Assembly: GCF_018977255.1 (NCBI RefSeq)
Contig: NW_024704752.1
Location: 9,796,001-9,860,000, forward strand
Direction: 5' to 3'
DNA from: Callorhinchus milii
Taxonomy: Eukaryota
DNA length: 64,000 bases
Positions 13,801 through 26,233 of the stretch are shown one piece after another; positions within the stretch are counted from its first letter, which is position 1, and each line of letters begins with the position of its first letter. The notes beneath the pieces were generated by a model. It had not been told where the DNA came from. It did no database searches and saw nothing but the letters and a program-made list of their open reading frames with translations. The position numbers were made by a program, and so were the translations under genes.

Positions 13801-16796
13801 CAACCCTGGAACGTGTACTTTGCGAATCGCAATTCCAATTGTGCCAGAAAGGAATCGTCTGCTTTCTTCTGGGGACAGATGTGTTGTGGTGACCCACGCC
13901 TCACTTCCTATCCATTGAATACCTGTCACATTTTGTCGAACAATTTCCTTCAGTAGAGCAGTCATATGAGACTGACCAAGAAATGCTACGACAATTTTTG
14001 TGGTAGATTTCTTAATAATGTTTATAGTTTTAAACAATTCTTCCCTCGTATATGTTATGTGGAAAGACTCAGAGAAGGCAATACAAACATCTAGTTGTTG
14101 CACAGCTTTTGTGAACGCTTGCATTCCAAAGTTACCATAGTCATCGTCACTTCTAATGGTCCCGATCCACGTCCAACCAAAGTGTTTCACCAACTGAGCC
14201 AAGGCTCTGACCTGAAAGTAGTCACTTGGTATTGTTCTAAAAAATGATGGATATTCCTTCCTGTTGGCCAGACATGCACATGTAGCAAAGTAACTTACCT
14301 ATGGGAATTCAAATGAGAAAGGTAACAAACAAATTTGAGCTCAAATTATAATTACCTGTAAATAGAATGTTCACACCTCAAGGAAAAGGTGTTGTCAGTA
14401 TTACCTAAAACCTTGTAAGTATTATTGATTACCCCATTGATGATTTCTTCAGCACTTCCATTTAGCAGTGAACATGTTGTGAAGGTATTTATATGCAAAC
14501 ATGAGCCTCGACCCCTCCTGATCCCTCACCTTTATTCAAGTAATCTCAAATATATTATACACTTATCCTTCTGAATGTATAAAATCAGCTGATAAATGTA
14601 CAAAATACATTACAATAACATTGAATGATATTGTGAGCTAAATTATTTTATTGCACATAAATGTGCTTTAAGAACACTTGAGAGGCGGGACCAGTGGATC
14701 GAAGATCAAGCTCATTATTATTTGTTTTAAAATAAGAGAATTCCAATGTTGTGCAACAAAATGGAAGTGGATAATAAAGTGAATTGAATATAACTTTTTT
14801 ATTATTGTGCTTCAGCAAACTGACATCTTATTTCATGAAATAGCTTACCAGAGGAATCCTGAAAGGACTTATTATGGTGGCTATTGCTGAGGACCTAGCG
14901 GAACTAGAGTCACCAATAATAGCAGAAACCACAGGTGCTCTTTTGCAGGTGCTATCTGTAGATGTTTCTTCGAGTCTGTTTAAGAAATCGAAGGTCGTTT
15001 TTATTGACATGGCAACCATTCCGCAAGAGTCAGAAATCCAATAGCCCAGAGTAATGTTAGGAAGCAGCGTCTGGTCTTTGTTTATTTCCTTGATAGCAAA
15101 GATCATCGCCATTGCAAAACGAAACAGTCTGAATTGAAACCTATGGGTATTAAGTATATACCAAATGTTTTAAACAAGAGTCATTTGAAAAGTGAAAGTA
15201 ATAAATTTCAATCTGGCTTTCTTATAATTTAGGCATATTGCAGGAGGATTACAAATAAAATAAAACTATATCCAGAGGTACAAGGACCTACATCTGTTTT
15301 GGAATCCACGAGCGAATGAACAAGATGCACATAAAGACCACTGGTGCTATTGAATCGCTCCAATTATATTGTTTGCTTTAAAACAAACTCAAATGGTTTG
15401 AGTTTTGAGAAAAGCACACCTATTCCCAACTTTATACTCATTAACTTTTCTGCTGAGGAGTTACAACATTGTCTATTTCCCATTCTTATATGAATTTTCG
15501 GATCAATTGACAGAGGAAAGTATTTAAACACGGAATAACAACTTATAAACTGTGTTGACACACTCTAAAAGACTGGACATAAATGCAAATCGGTTAACAT
15601 AAACATTAAATATTCCCATAGATATTGGGTTTCATTGAACTCTAATCTCAGTGAATTTAACAATTTGCTCTAACTGTGTTACACATTGAATTTACATGAA
15701 AATTGTTGAAGATTTCAAACAAATCTCAAACTGTAAATTTGCCTGGCGTTTATATGGATACTGATAATTAATACATTAATTTCACTTGTGTTGAGACTAA
15801 CTTACAAATTGAATAAGAATGTGTAGGGAGATTTCTTAAGAACCATCAGACTCAAGTAATTGGGTGCCTGGCAAGGAGATCTTACACATAAAATAACTAT
15901 GATATCTTGTTGTTGTTTGTCAATTAATTATAATTTTTCTTTAAGAGATTGGAAGTTGTTGGCCTTTTTTATAATTATTTGTGAATCTATGTTAGCAATC
16001 TAACATCTAACAAATTTGCGTGAGCTATCTAACATGGAGGGCTAGTGTGACTCAGCCTTGCTCAGAGGGAGCATTCTTGCACTGAGTCACAAGGTTGTGG
16101 GTTCAAGTCTCATATCGGTACTTTAACTCACATGATCTGATTCTAACAGGACCCTCCAATGTGGTGCTGGTGTTGTGTCCATTGCAGGAGGTGCAATCCT
16201 TCAGATGAGACTATAAATGGGGACCCCATCTAACTGTTCACAAGGTCGTTAAAGACCCAATAGCACTACTAGAAAAGAGAAGGAAGTTGTCCCTGTGCTC
16301 TGGCCAACTAATCCCCCAAATAAAACTAGTCAATCACTTCATGGCTATTTGTGCGACACAGCTAATGCAGCAACTGGCTGCTTTGTTCGCCCATATATGC
16401 ACAGTCACTCCACTTCAAAGTAAATCCTGTGAAGCATTTGGGATGCACTCCTGATGTGAAATCCACTGTACCATGACTCAAGGATTATTATTATCTGAAA
16501 CTAACAAGCAGTTTAGATGTTACACAATGTTAATCAACAATTTGGATTTATTGGACATGCAAGGTGCAAAATTCTACTAACGTTGTACATTTTACCGCTT
16601 GTGGTTGGGTTTTGAAGGCGACTTCCTGATTCTTAACATTGCCATGAATGCTAAAAACTCCGCCAAGAACGATGTCGCCGTCTTCAGACAAACTGAGCAG
16701 ATCAAACATCCCCCAGCGTTTACAGGTTGGTTCTTCAGTCAGCCACACAGGAACAAGAACAGAAAATAGTAGTACATACACCAAAGGGTGATACAT
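10869..16796 (-). CDS. V2R/OlfC receptor gene 2, intact, 863 aa. Exons 16796-16582, 15140-14849, 14298-13480, 12811-12584, 12006-11883, 11782-10869
   Basis: Venus flytrap, Cys-rich and 7TM motifs ([28 protein letters not shown]). Exon lengths 215/292/819/228/124/914 sum to 2592 nt, all GT-AG. Confidence 0.93.
12075..12455 (+). mobile_element. tRNA-headed SINE, diverged copy (gene 2 intron 4)
   Basis: Colinear with 43582-43913 from head to (ATT)n tail. Confidence 0.8.
16045..16494 (+). mobile_element. Deu-domain SINE, diverged (gene 2 intron 1); shortened paralogous copies at about 23310-23615 and 32075-32395
   Basis: CTGAGTCACAAGGTTGTGGGTTCAAGTC head, Deu-like core and (ATT)n tail. Confidence 0.65.
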
Positions 16797-16840
16797 TGTT
16801 TTTGAACATATGTATAGTGTTCTGAAGCACTGCCAATGAC

Positions 16841-16990
16841 CCTTATATACTTTAATATGCAGTAACATTCCACCCACAATTTGAGTACCTTTGCCTTAAA
16901 GAAATTTATTTTCCAAATAAACAAATTGGGGACCATTCCCAGAAGGAAAGTAATTAACATTTTAAACTTTGTCAAGATAATTAAACCAAA
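16841..16990 (-). promoter_or_regulatory. Putative core promoter of gene 2 (TATA box plus conserved upstream block); equivalents precede genes 3-8
   Basis: GTATATAA on the minus strand about 45-55 nt upstream of the ATG in genes 2-8 (about 16845, 23968, 32750, 40295, 47762, 54296, 62259). Confidence 0.55.
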
Positions 16991-17089
16991 CATGATGGGA
17001 GATACTAATTACTTAACTTTTAATTGTTTTAAATTTTAATTTATTTATGTGGTACTCTGATCTCAAATGTTTACCTGTTTCTTTAATTT

Positions 17090-17472
17090 GGAGTCCTGCA
17101 GCTTAATGGTTAGAGCACTCGTCTTGCAAGCGAGAGGATCAGGGTTCGATTCCCAGGAAGGGAAAAATGTCGGGCAAATTTCCTTATTCGATACACCCCT
17201 GTTTACCTTGCAGTAAGTAGGAACCTGGTTGTTAGTCAATTGGCATATCGCTTTTCAGGGGGTATAAATCCCTTCAAAAATAAATAAATAAATAATCTGA
17301 TCACTCAATCCACGACTGTGTGTGGGTCATTGCTGTGTGCAATTGCTTGCCGACTTTCGGCTACAAAATATACAGTCAATTCACTTTACAATATATTCTG
17401 TGAAGCGCTTTGAGACGTCTTGAAAACATGATATGACCCTTTATCAAATGCAAGAATTATTATTGTTATTAT
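17090..17472 (+). mobile_element. tRNA-headed SINE upstream of gene 2
   Basis: A box and B box (GGTTCGATTCC), shared body and tail. Confidence 0.85.
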
Positions 17473-17894
17473 ATATTTGAATTATGTTTGCTTCTAAGTC
17501 AAAAAATGTTGTTCTAAATTTATAAGGAACATGGATGAGATTCCATTTGCATTATGCTGTGTTGTTTCAAATAATTTACCTTCAAAGGAACACTGAACCT
17601 TTGAAGCTATGCCTGTTCTGTGTGTTCTGTAAAGGAAACCTTTGCTAGTCATCATTAGCTAGATGTTTATTTCACTGAATATGAAGCAGACTCTTAACTT
17701 TTTATTGTATGTTTACATTTCAACAAACTAAACTGCATTTAGTACAAGAAATTACTCACAAAATTGGCATTGTTATTACAAAAATAAAAAGGCAATAAAT
17801 CAGAATATCAGAATATTGCAGGGAAATTATATAACAAAACAAAAGAAAAATCTAACTAAAGTGTAACTCTTAAATTTTTAATCAGAAAACACGT

Positions 17895-20800
17895 TTACTG
17901 TTTCTTGGACACATTTTTACCCATCATGTTCTTCTTCGTATTCTCTTCTTTTTTCAGCAGGATAATATAACATTTTGGAGCAAGAATACAGACAAGTAGC
18001 CCAAAGCTTGATGCCAAAATTGCAAATATTTCTACAGCCACAGTATATTTTCCAGGAGAGCTTACATAAGCTGGAATGAAAGTGATCCAAACAGCACAGA
18101 AGATAAGCATGCTGAAAGTGATGTGCTTCGCTTCATTGAAGTTGTCTGGAAGTCGACGAGCGAGAAAAGCAACTACAAAGCATACACCAGACAACAGTCC
18201 AATGTAACCAAGTACACAGTAAAAGGCGACTGCAGATCCCAGATGACATTCAAACACAATTCTCTCTGGAAAATATTCACTATTTTTCAGAGGATAAGGT
18301 GGTGCCAAACATAGCCAGACAGTACATATTAAGCATTGTATCAGGGTCAGGATGAGAACACTCAGGCGTTGTTGTGTAGGTCCAAACCACTGCATCATGT
18401 TATTACTGGGAAGTGTTGCATTAAATGCCATCACCACAACGATTGTTTTTCCCAAAACACAGGAAATACAAAGAACAAAAGTGATACCGAAGGCTGTGTG
18501 ACGTAACCTACAGGACCAGACTGAAGGCTCTCCAATGAATGTAACTGAGCACAGAAAACACAAAGCTAATGCGAAAAGAAGCAGAAAACTTAACTCTGAG
18601 TTATTAGCTTTAACAATAGGAGTGTCTCTGTGAACATAGAAAGCTGCAAATACACTGAAAGTGATGGAAACTCCAAGCAATGCCAGTGTCACTAGAACAA
18701 TCCCCAATGTCTCCTCGAAGGAGAGGAATTCAATTTCCTTCAGTATGCAATGATCCCGTTTATCATTGGACCGGTATTCCAAAGGACATTTTAGGCACAA
18801 AGTTGAATCTGAAAGAAAGTCAATTGTGATTGAAAGAACCTGAATTGAAATCCGTTCAATAAATGATTGTAAGTGTAGTTACACTTTATAGTGTATCCTG
18901 TGTAACGCTTTGGGACGTCTTGAAGATGTGATAAGACACTGAAATGCAAGGATTATTATCACTCCCTCACACACACAATCTCACTCACTCCCTCACACAC
19001 ACACTCACACTCTCACTGATTCACTCACCCGCTCACTAAATACATCAATAAATCAATAAATAATCATGTGGTCATTCAATCCATGACTTGATTGTGGGAC
19101 ACTGCTGTGCCCACAAAACACACAGTCACTACACTTTACAGTGTATCCTGTGAAACGCTTTGAGACGTTTCAAAGACTTGATAAGGCGCTGCATCAAATG
19201 CAAGGATTATTATTATGCTTGAGAAAATAGGAAAGAATTGATAGCTGTGTTTGTTCTTACCAGTGATGTTACTAATTTCACCATCAGCACATTCTATACA
19301 ATCAAAGCAACACTTTGGTTGTCCTCTTCTTGCTGCTTTCCTTGTTCCAGGGAGACAACTGTCAGAGCAAACTCCCCGTGGGACCTGGATATAGGGAAAT
19401 GCAGATATTTGATGTTAGTATTATACATTTACTCTTTTGCTGAAATTATGTGATTCTTGGGTTCCAGGTAATTAATTTATCCCGAGATTCACGTTGAGTT
19501 GCAGAACTATTAGTTATGGTCCGAACAACACATTTCACGTTTGAGGCACCAATGCGCAAAAGCACTTACCGTAATCTGACCTCCGCTCCATACAATTGCC
19601 TCTTCCCTAATCTTAAATTCCTCCCCTGGAGGAGCAGATCCATCATAGTGTCCAACAGTGATAATATCAGTGCCACTGAGGTCATTTGGTTGCCAGTTTA
19701 TCATGTCGTACGTTGCCACTGGATCCCCGTTTTCATCGAAGTGAACATTTTCACCAATCTTTGTGTTGAAATTCACTGTTTTCATGTAATGCAGAAGCTT
19801 TATTGGAAAATAACAAGAGAAGAAGAAATAATGACAAAATACTTTCAACCCTTAACATGTTGCAATATGTGAACGCTTAATATGCGAAGCAATCCAAGGC
19901 ACACGCGTTACAGGTTCCAATCTCATTCTGTGCTATCAGGAGCAATACTTGGCTATTGGCTTCAGTGCCGCTGAGACAATGAAGGAGAAATCAACGTCCA
20001 ATCCTTACTATACTACTATACTGTACTGTTGGGTGAGAACAAGATTGAGGAGCTCAATGATGTACTTCAAACTAATTTGTGTGAAAACACCCATTATCTA
20101 AGATCACATTTACCTCAAAGTTCTTGAAGAAAATATGGACGGCCTTGTTAAGGGGATATCTTTATTAAAATATACCAGGAGAAGAAGAATTTTTTTTTCA
20201 TTTCAGCAAAGTACTTTAAACACTTATAATGGTGCAACGTGAAGCAACATAAGGGACACAGGTTGTCAGTTTCAATTTGATTCTGTGCTGAGCAGAAACA
20301 GAAGCTTTAGTGCCGCTGAGCCAAGGAAAGGGAAATCAGTATCCAATCCTTGTTACTGCTCAATCACCATTTTCCCCATGTAACTTGAACGTTTGAAGAT
20401 GTAAAGTAAGAATAGGTTTCAGAGTGATAATGTCGCTCAAATTGAATCATGCGAAAAACTCTCTGTCTAAGGACATATTAAAAAAAATGAAGATCACCAA
20501 AAATATAGGGATATGACCAAAGGCAAAATAGAAAAGAAGAAAAACATAAAAATCACAAAAAATATGTTTAAAAAATATAATTGGTATAACATTAGAACCA
20601 CTGAACTATGAGTATATATTTCTATTCCTGAAGCACCAAACATGCATGACATTTAAACACTATGGAAAAGTTTCAATTTTGCATGACAAATCATATGAAT
20701 TATTTCTTACTTGCCATGGTTGGAAATTTGAAATATTTGCACAACTTTTATTGTAAAACGGTCCTTTGCCATTTTCACATGACAGCATATCATGAAGAGC

Positions 20801-23800
20801 ATGAGCTATAGCGTAGGTTGCTGTATAGACATTGTAAGTAACTCTGTATTGAGACACATCAGTGTATGCATTATTTATAGTTCGTAAATCCTCTCGTCCT
20901 GTGCATTCCTTAATTCCATCTGCTTTGTGCTGTGCGTTTCTTAATGTACAGTTGAAGGTCATTTCCCAAAACTCTTTTATTAAGCGGTTTCCTGGATATG
21001 CAGAAGGATGAAGTTGAAGTAGAAACTCTTTCAATTCTGGAACGTGTACTTTGCGAATCGCAATTCCAATTGTGCCGGACAGGAACTGTCTACTTTCTGC
21101 TTGGGGCAGATGTGAGGTGGTGACCCAAGATTCGCTTCCCACCCATTGAATATTTGACACATTTTGTCGAACAATTTCTTTCAGTAGAGCAGTCATGTCA
21201 GAGTGACTGAGAAAGGCTACAACAACCTTTGTGGTAGATTTCTTAATAATGCTTATAGTTTTAGACAATTCTTCCCCGGAATATTTTATCTGGAAAGACT
21301 CAGAGAAGGCAATACAAACACCGAGTTGTTGTACAGCTTCTGTGAACGCTTGCATTCCAAAGTTACCATAATCATCGTCACTTCTAATGGTCCCGATCCA
21401 CGTCCAACCAAAGTGTTTCACCAACTGAGCCAAGGCTCTGACCTGAAAGTAGTCACTTGGTATTGTTCTAAAAAATGTTGGATATTCCTCTTTGTTGCTC
21501 AAACATTCACAGGTAGCAAAGTAACTCACCTACGGAAATAAAAATATAAAGAAGGAGAATAATCTTGATCTCAAATTATAATTTCCATGGGGAAAGGAAA
21601 GTGTGTCAACGTTTCGGGTCCATTGCCCTTCGTCAGTACATTCTGCTGAAGTGTTGGGGAACAAAATGTTGACTCAATTTCCTTTCTCCATAGATGCTGC
21701 CTGACCTGCTGAGTGTTCCCAGCGATTTCAGTTTTTGTTTCAGATTTCCAGCATCTGCAGTATTTTGCATTTTGTTCAAATTATAATTTAATGAATGTTC
21801 ACTTTCTTCACTTTTCAAGGTAAAGGTGTTCTCAGCAAAACCCAGTAACTTTTATTGATTATCCAATTGATGACATGTTCATTTAACAAGAGCCTCCAAT
21901 AGCCCTTTTTGGGATCCCCCTTCCGTAGCCCTTTATTTCCTCACTCTCAAATATATTGAGTGTGAACCTCGCACAGCAGTATCTCTCGCCTCTGAGTCTG
22001 AATGTCGTAGGTTCAAGCTCCCGATCGGGATTTGGAATCACAAAATTTAATGATACTTAAATGTGGTTTAAGAACACTTGAGAGGCGTGAACATTCATTC
22101 GAAAATCAAGGTCAGTTTTCTATTACTGTCCTTCAGCAAACTGATATCGTATTCCATGAAATACCTTACCAGAGGAATCCTATAAGGACTGATTACGGTG
22201 GCTATTGCTGAGGACCTGGAGGAACTAGAGTCACCAACAATAGCAGAAACCACCGGTGCTCTTTTGCAGTTGATATTTGAAGAGGATTCTTCGAGTCTGT
22301 TTAAGAAATCGAAGGTTGTTTTTGTTGACACAGCAACCATTCCACAAGAGTCAGAAATCCAGTAACCTAGAGTAATGTTGGGAAGCAGTGTCTGATCTTT
22401 GTTTATTTCTTCCATTGCAAAGATCATCGCTATTGCAAAACGAAACATTCTGAATCGAAACCTGTGGGCATTAAGTATATACCAAAAGTTTTAAAGAAAT
22501 GTCATAGGTAATATAATTTGTAGTGAAAGTAATACATTTAAAATGCACTTTCCTATAATCTAGACAGAATGCAGGAGAGTAAAAATAAAAACTACATCCA
22601 GAAATACGAGGCCTTATAGCTGTTTAAGAATTGAGGATCTATTAACTAAATGCACACAGAGGCCACTGGAGATATTAGATGTCTCCAACTATTCTATTTT
22701 TTAAAAAAAATCTTAACAGGTTTGAGAAGTTGTACACCTGTTCCCAACTTCATGTTCAATAACATTACTACTGAGGAGTTACAACATTGTCTATTTCCCA
22801 CTGTTAAATGAATTTTGCATATGATGGATTTTTCTCAACATGGAATAACAACTTACAAACTGTGATGCACACAGACTCTAAAATACTGAAAATAAATGCA
22901 AACCTATAAACATAAACATTAAAATGTTCCTGTAGATATTTGTTTTCATTGTGCTGTAATCTGTTATCAAACAAATCCAAAATTGTAAAGTTGCTTGGAA
23001 GGTATATGGATGTTGAAATTTACAACACCTTGGCACGTCCTCCAGACGTGAAAGGCACTATACAAAAGTAATTTTGTTGTGTACATGCATTTAAATACTG
23101 CTGACGCAAATTACATACGAACGTGCAAGGAGATCTACAAACACCCACTGGACTTAACTAATTGGGTCATATCAAGGCAGTTTCACACATACAAACTAGG
23201 ATGTGTTTAAAAACAAAGTTGTTTGTCAAATAATTGTAATTTCATTTGAGTGATTGGAAGTTAATATTGTGTGTATCTATGTTTGCTATCAAACATGGAT
23301 TGCTGGTGTATCAGTCTTACTCACTCTTCTCTGAATCAGTTGGTTGTGGTTTCAAGCCCCACGTCATGACTTGAACTCACATAGTGTAATATAAGCTGAC
23401 ATTCTAATGCAGTGGTGGGAGTGTATCGCGTTTTCCAAATACCACTAAAAAATTGTCATTCGTTCATGGCTGATTGTGGGACATTACAGTGTACAAATTG
23501 GTTGCCGAGTTGACCTATAAATACATGGTCCCTCCGCTTCCTAGTAAACTATGTGAAGCACTTTGGGATGTCTCTCTGACTTGAAGTGCATTATACCAAA
23601 ATGTAAGGATTATTGTCTAAAGCAAGCAAATAGTTTAGCTATTTCACAACATTAATTGACAAATTGGATTTATTGGACATGTAAAATCAAAATTATACTA
23701 ACAATGTACATTTTACCACTTGAGGTTGAGTTTTAAATGTGATTTCCTGATTCTCAACATTGCCATGAATACTGAAAACTCCGCCAAGAACGATGTCGCC

Positions 23801-23917
23801 GTCTTTAGACAAACTGAGCAGATCAAATATCCCCCAACGTTTGCAGGTTGGCTCTTCAGTCAGCCATGCAGAATGAAGAAGAGAAAACAGTAGTACATAC
23901 AGTAAAGGGTGATACAT
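17895..23917 (-). CDS. V2R/OlfC receptor gene 3, intact. Exons 23917-23703, 22461-22170, 21529-20711, 19797-19570, 19384-19261, 18808-17895
   Basis: Same six-exon architecture and exon lengths as gene 2; open frame in the ORF track and across the junctions. Confidence 0.93.
18875..19216 (+). repeat. Two SINE 3' fragments flanking a (CA/CT)-rich microsatellite in gene 3 intron 5; paralogous copy at about 27215-27610 in gene 4
   Basis: Expands intron 5 from about 100 nt in other genes to 452 nt (gene 3) and 507 nt (gene 4). Confidence 0.75.
21588..21772. mobile_element. Penelope-like terminal/palindromic repeat fragment with a hammerhead-like core; paralog at about 30143-30325
   Basis: GATGCTGCCTGACCTGCTGAGTG...CAGATTTCCAGCATCTGCAG motif; the minus strand reads CTGACGAAGGG..CCCGAAACGTT. 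Family assignment is from recall. Confidence 0.55.
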
Positions 23918-24229
23918 TGTTTGTCAATGCAAGTATCATTGTCCCAATGTGATGCCACTGGTCCTTATATATACTTTAATTTACTTTAATATTCCACTGA
24001 CAACCTGCGTACATTTGCCTTAAAGAAATTATTTTTCCAAATACCTTCAACAAATTAGGGAGCATTTCCAGAGGGAAAGAAATTACTATTTTAATCTTCG
24101 TTGAAATAATTAAATCAGGGAGATGTTTAATTATATATTGCTGTAATTTTAAAGTTTGGTTTGGTTATTTCACTTCAGTAATTTACTTGTTTCATTAATT
24201 TCTAATTTCAAGTACACATTGCACATGTC

Positions 24230-24390
24230 AAGAGGAAAGCAGATTGGTATATTTTTTTCAAAGAAAAAGGCTTGAACAGGTATGGAGTAGGACAGGGCAG
24301 TGGAATTGAATAAATAGCTTGATTTGAGAGATGGTGTAGACTTGATGAGTCTAATGCCTTCCTTCTGCTTTGTAATTTTATATAATTTGT
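24230..24390 (+). mobile_element. Probable CR1-type LINE 3' end; paralog at about 33005-33165
   Basis: GGTATGGAG..GCAGTGGAATTGA...CTTGATGAGTCTAATGCCTTCCTTCTG resembles CR1 3' termini, degenerate. Confidence 0.45.
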
Positions 24391-24564
24391 AAATGGAACT
24401 GATTGAGAAATAAAATTGTTAAAAGAGATGAATGAAATTTAAATGGAAAACTCTGATAAAGGGTCAGATCCAAGGACCATTTGTTTGGACTAACATGTTT
24501 TAGTTCTTATTTTCTTTATTTTTCTGATTAAGCTTGATTTTTGCTTTTGTTTTCAATGGCAGAA

Positions 24565-25072
24565 TAGAACGCTAATTATCTGCTTGTCAGGCTTCCCGAC
24601 TCTTTCCTCCACAAGCTACAGATCATTCAGAACTCTGCAGCTCATGTCCTCTCCCACACTAAGCTCTGTGGCTCTATCACCCCCACCGTTGCGGGTCTCC
24701 ACTGGCTCCCCATCCCCCAGAGGCTAAAGTTCAAAATCCTCATCCTCATCTTCATGGCCCTCCATGGCCTTATTCCTTCCTACCTCTGTGACATGCTAAC
24801 CCCATATGAACATGTCCGCTCTCTCTGCTCAGCAGGCTGAAGCCTGCTCCACATCCCCGCTCGGCTCATCCCACCATTGGCGATTGGGCCATTAGCCTCT
24901 CTGCCCCACCCATCTTCGACCGGGCATTCGGCCACCCTTCTTTCCCTACCATCGCTGCCCTCCACCCCACTTGATCTCAACCCCCAGCTCCAGTCCAAAT
25001 CCTTGACTGTTCAGTGTCTTGGGATGTCTTCCCGATGTGAAAGAAGCTATGCGAATGTAATTTTTGTTGTTG
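24565..25072 (+). mobile_element. L2 LINE 3' fragment
   Basis: Encodes KLQIIQNSAAHVL, LHWLPI and KFKILIL; (TTG)n tail. Confidence 0.85.
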
Positions 25073-26233
25073 GTATATATATACTGTATACTTATAATCT
25101 GTGAAAAAGTATACTTTGTAAAATGGTGACTTGCAATCTTAAAGGAAACCATAAGAAGAATAAATAACAGAAATAATGTTCGACTGTCCTGGAGAATTAC
25201 TTGAGGATAATAACTTAATGATTCAATTTCCTCTTTTACTGTCTTGAGTAATAGATAGAAGGCCCTTTTATTCTTCAACGACTAGATAATGGTTGTACAC
25301 ATTACATTAATTCCAAACTTAATATAGGTCTATCATAATCACTAATTAAATGCATAAGGCCGGAGCACCATATGGATTCAGTACAAAGCAAGGCATGGTT
25401 ATTTATGTAGGAAAAAGAAACACACACCCAATGAAACGTGCCAACTGACAGAGATGGACAAAGGAAAGGCATTGGCAAATTCTTATTGATTGGCAATTGA
25501 ACGTTTACAACCCATATGAAGTGATTATGCTCAAAGCTCATCAAATATTTATTATATATGAAACATGTTTGTCTGTTAGTTAAAGACTGTTGTTCTACCC
25601 CTAAAAGGAACATTGTTGAGACCATGTTTGCATTATTCAGTGCAGTTTTAGAAAACATATCTTCAAAAGGACACTAAACCTATGAAAATGCACTTATTCA
25701 GGATATTCTGTAATGGAAGACATTGCTGCTCAAGATTACCGATAGATACAAAACCACTTTTGTAGAGAAACTTATTTTCTTGTTCAAATAATTCTTGCAT
25801 TTGATATAGTATTTATAAATGTCAAATATCTCTAAGTGCTTCACAAAGAATGCTGTTAAGTGCTGTGATGGTGCATTTATAAATCAATGAGAGTCCGTTT
25901 GTAAGTTAAATCAAGATATTTACTGAGGAACAGTTATTTTTAACTGAATATGAAGCAACGTACACTGATAAAATGTTAACTTTTTATATTTTTTACAACA
26001 GCAACAAGATTATATTTGTATAACGCCTTTCATGTCGGGAGGACATCCCAAGGCTATGGACAGTGTATAGCATTTTTTTGATTAATAAACAGAAAATATT
26101 ACATTCTGTGAAAGGCATCAACCACAACTTTGGTTTTATTATGAAACAATAAATCGGAACCTCGTGATACCTGAATCAAACCCTAACTAAGGTAATTTTT
26201 GGAACAAAATTTATTTTTATTCCAAAAACATTT

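Noticed and set aside
10869-16796. Calling these genes CASR, GPRC6A or TAS1R orthologs
   Set aside because: Short C-tail, tandem expansion and OlfC-type motifs fit V2R/OlfC; no specific symbol can be supported without a phylogeny.
16797-16877. N-terminal extensions of exon ORFs in the ORF track (e.g. 16877, 57375, 2966)
   Set aside because: They run into promoter or intron sequence; paralog comparison and splice sites define shorter exons.
18960-19040. Short-period repeats as a CRISPR-like array
   Set aside because: Simple CA/CT microsatellite in eukaryotic DNA; no repeat-spacer structure.
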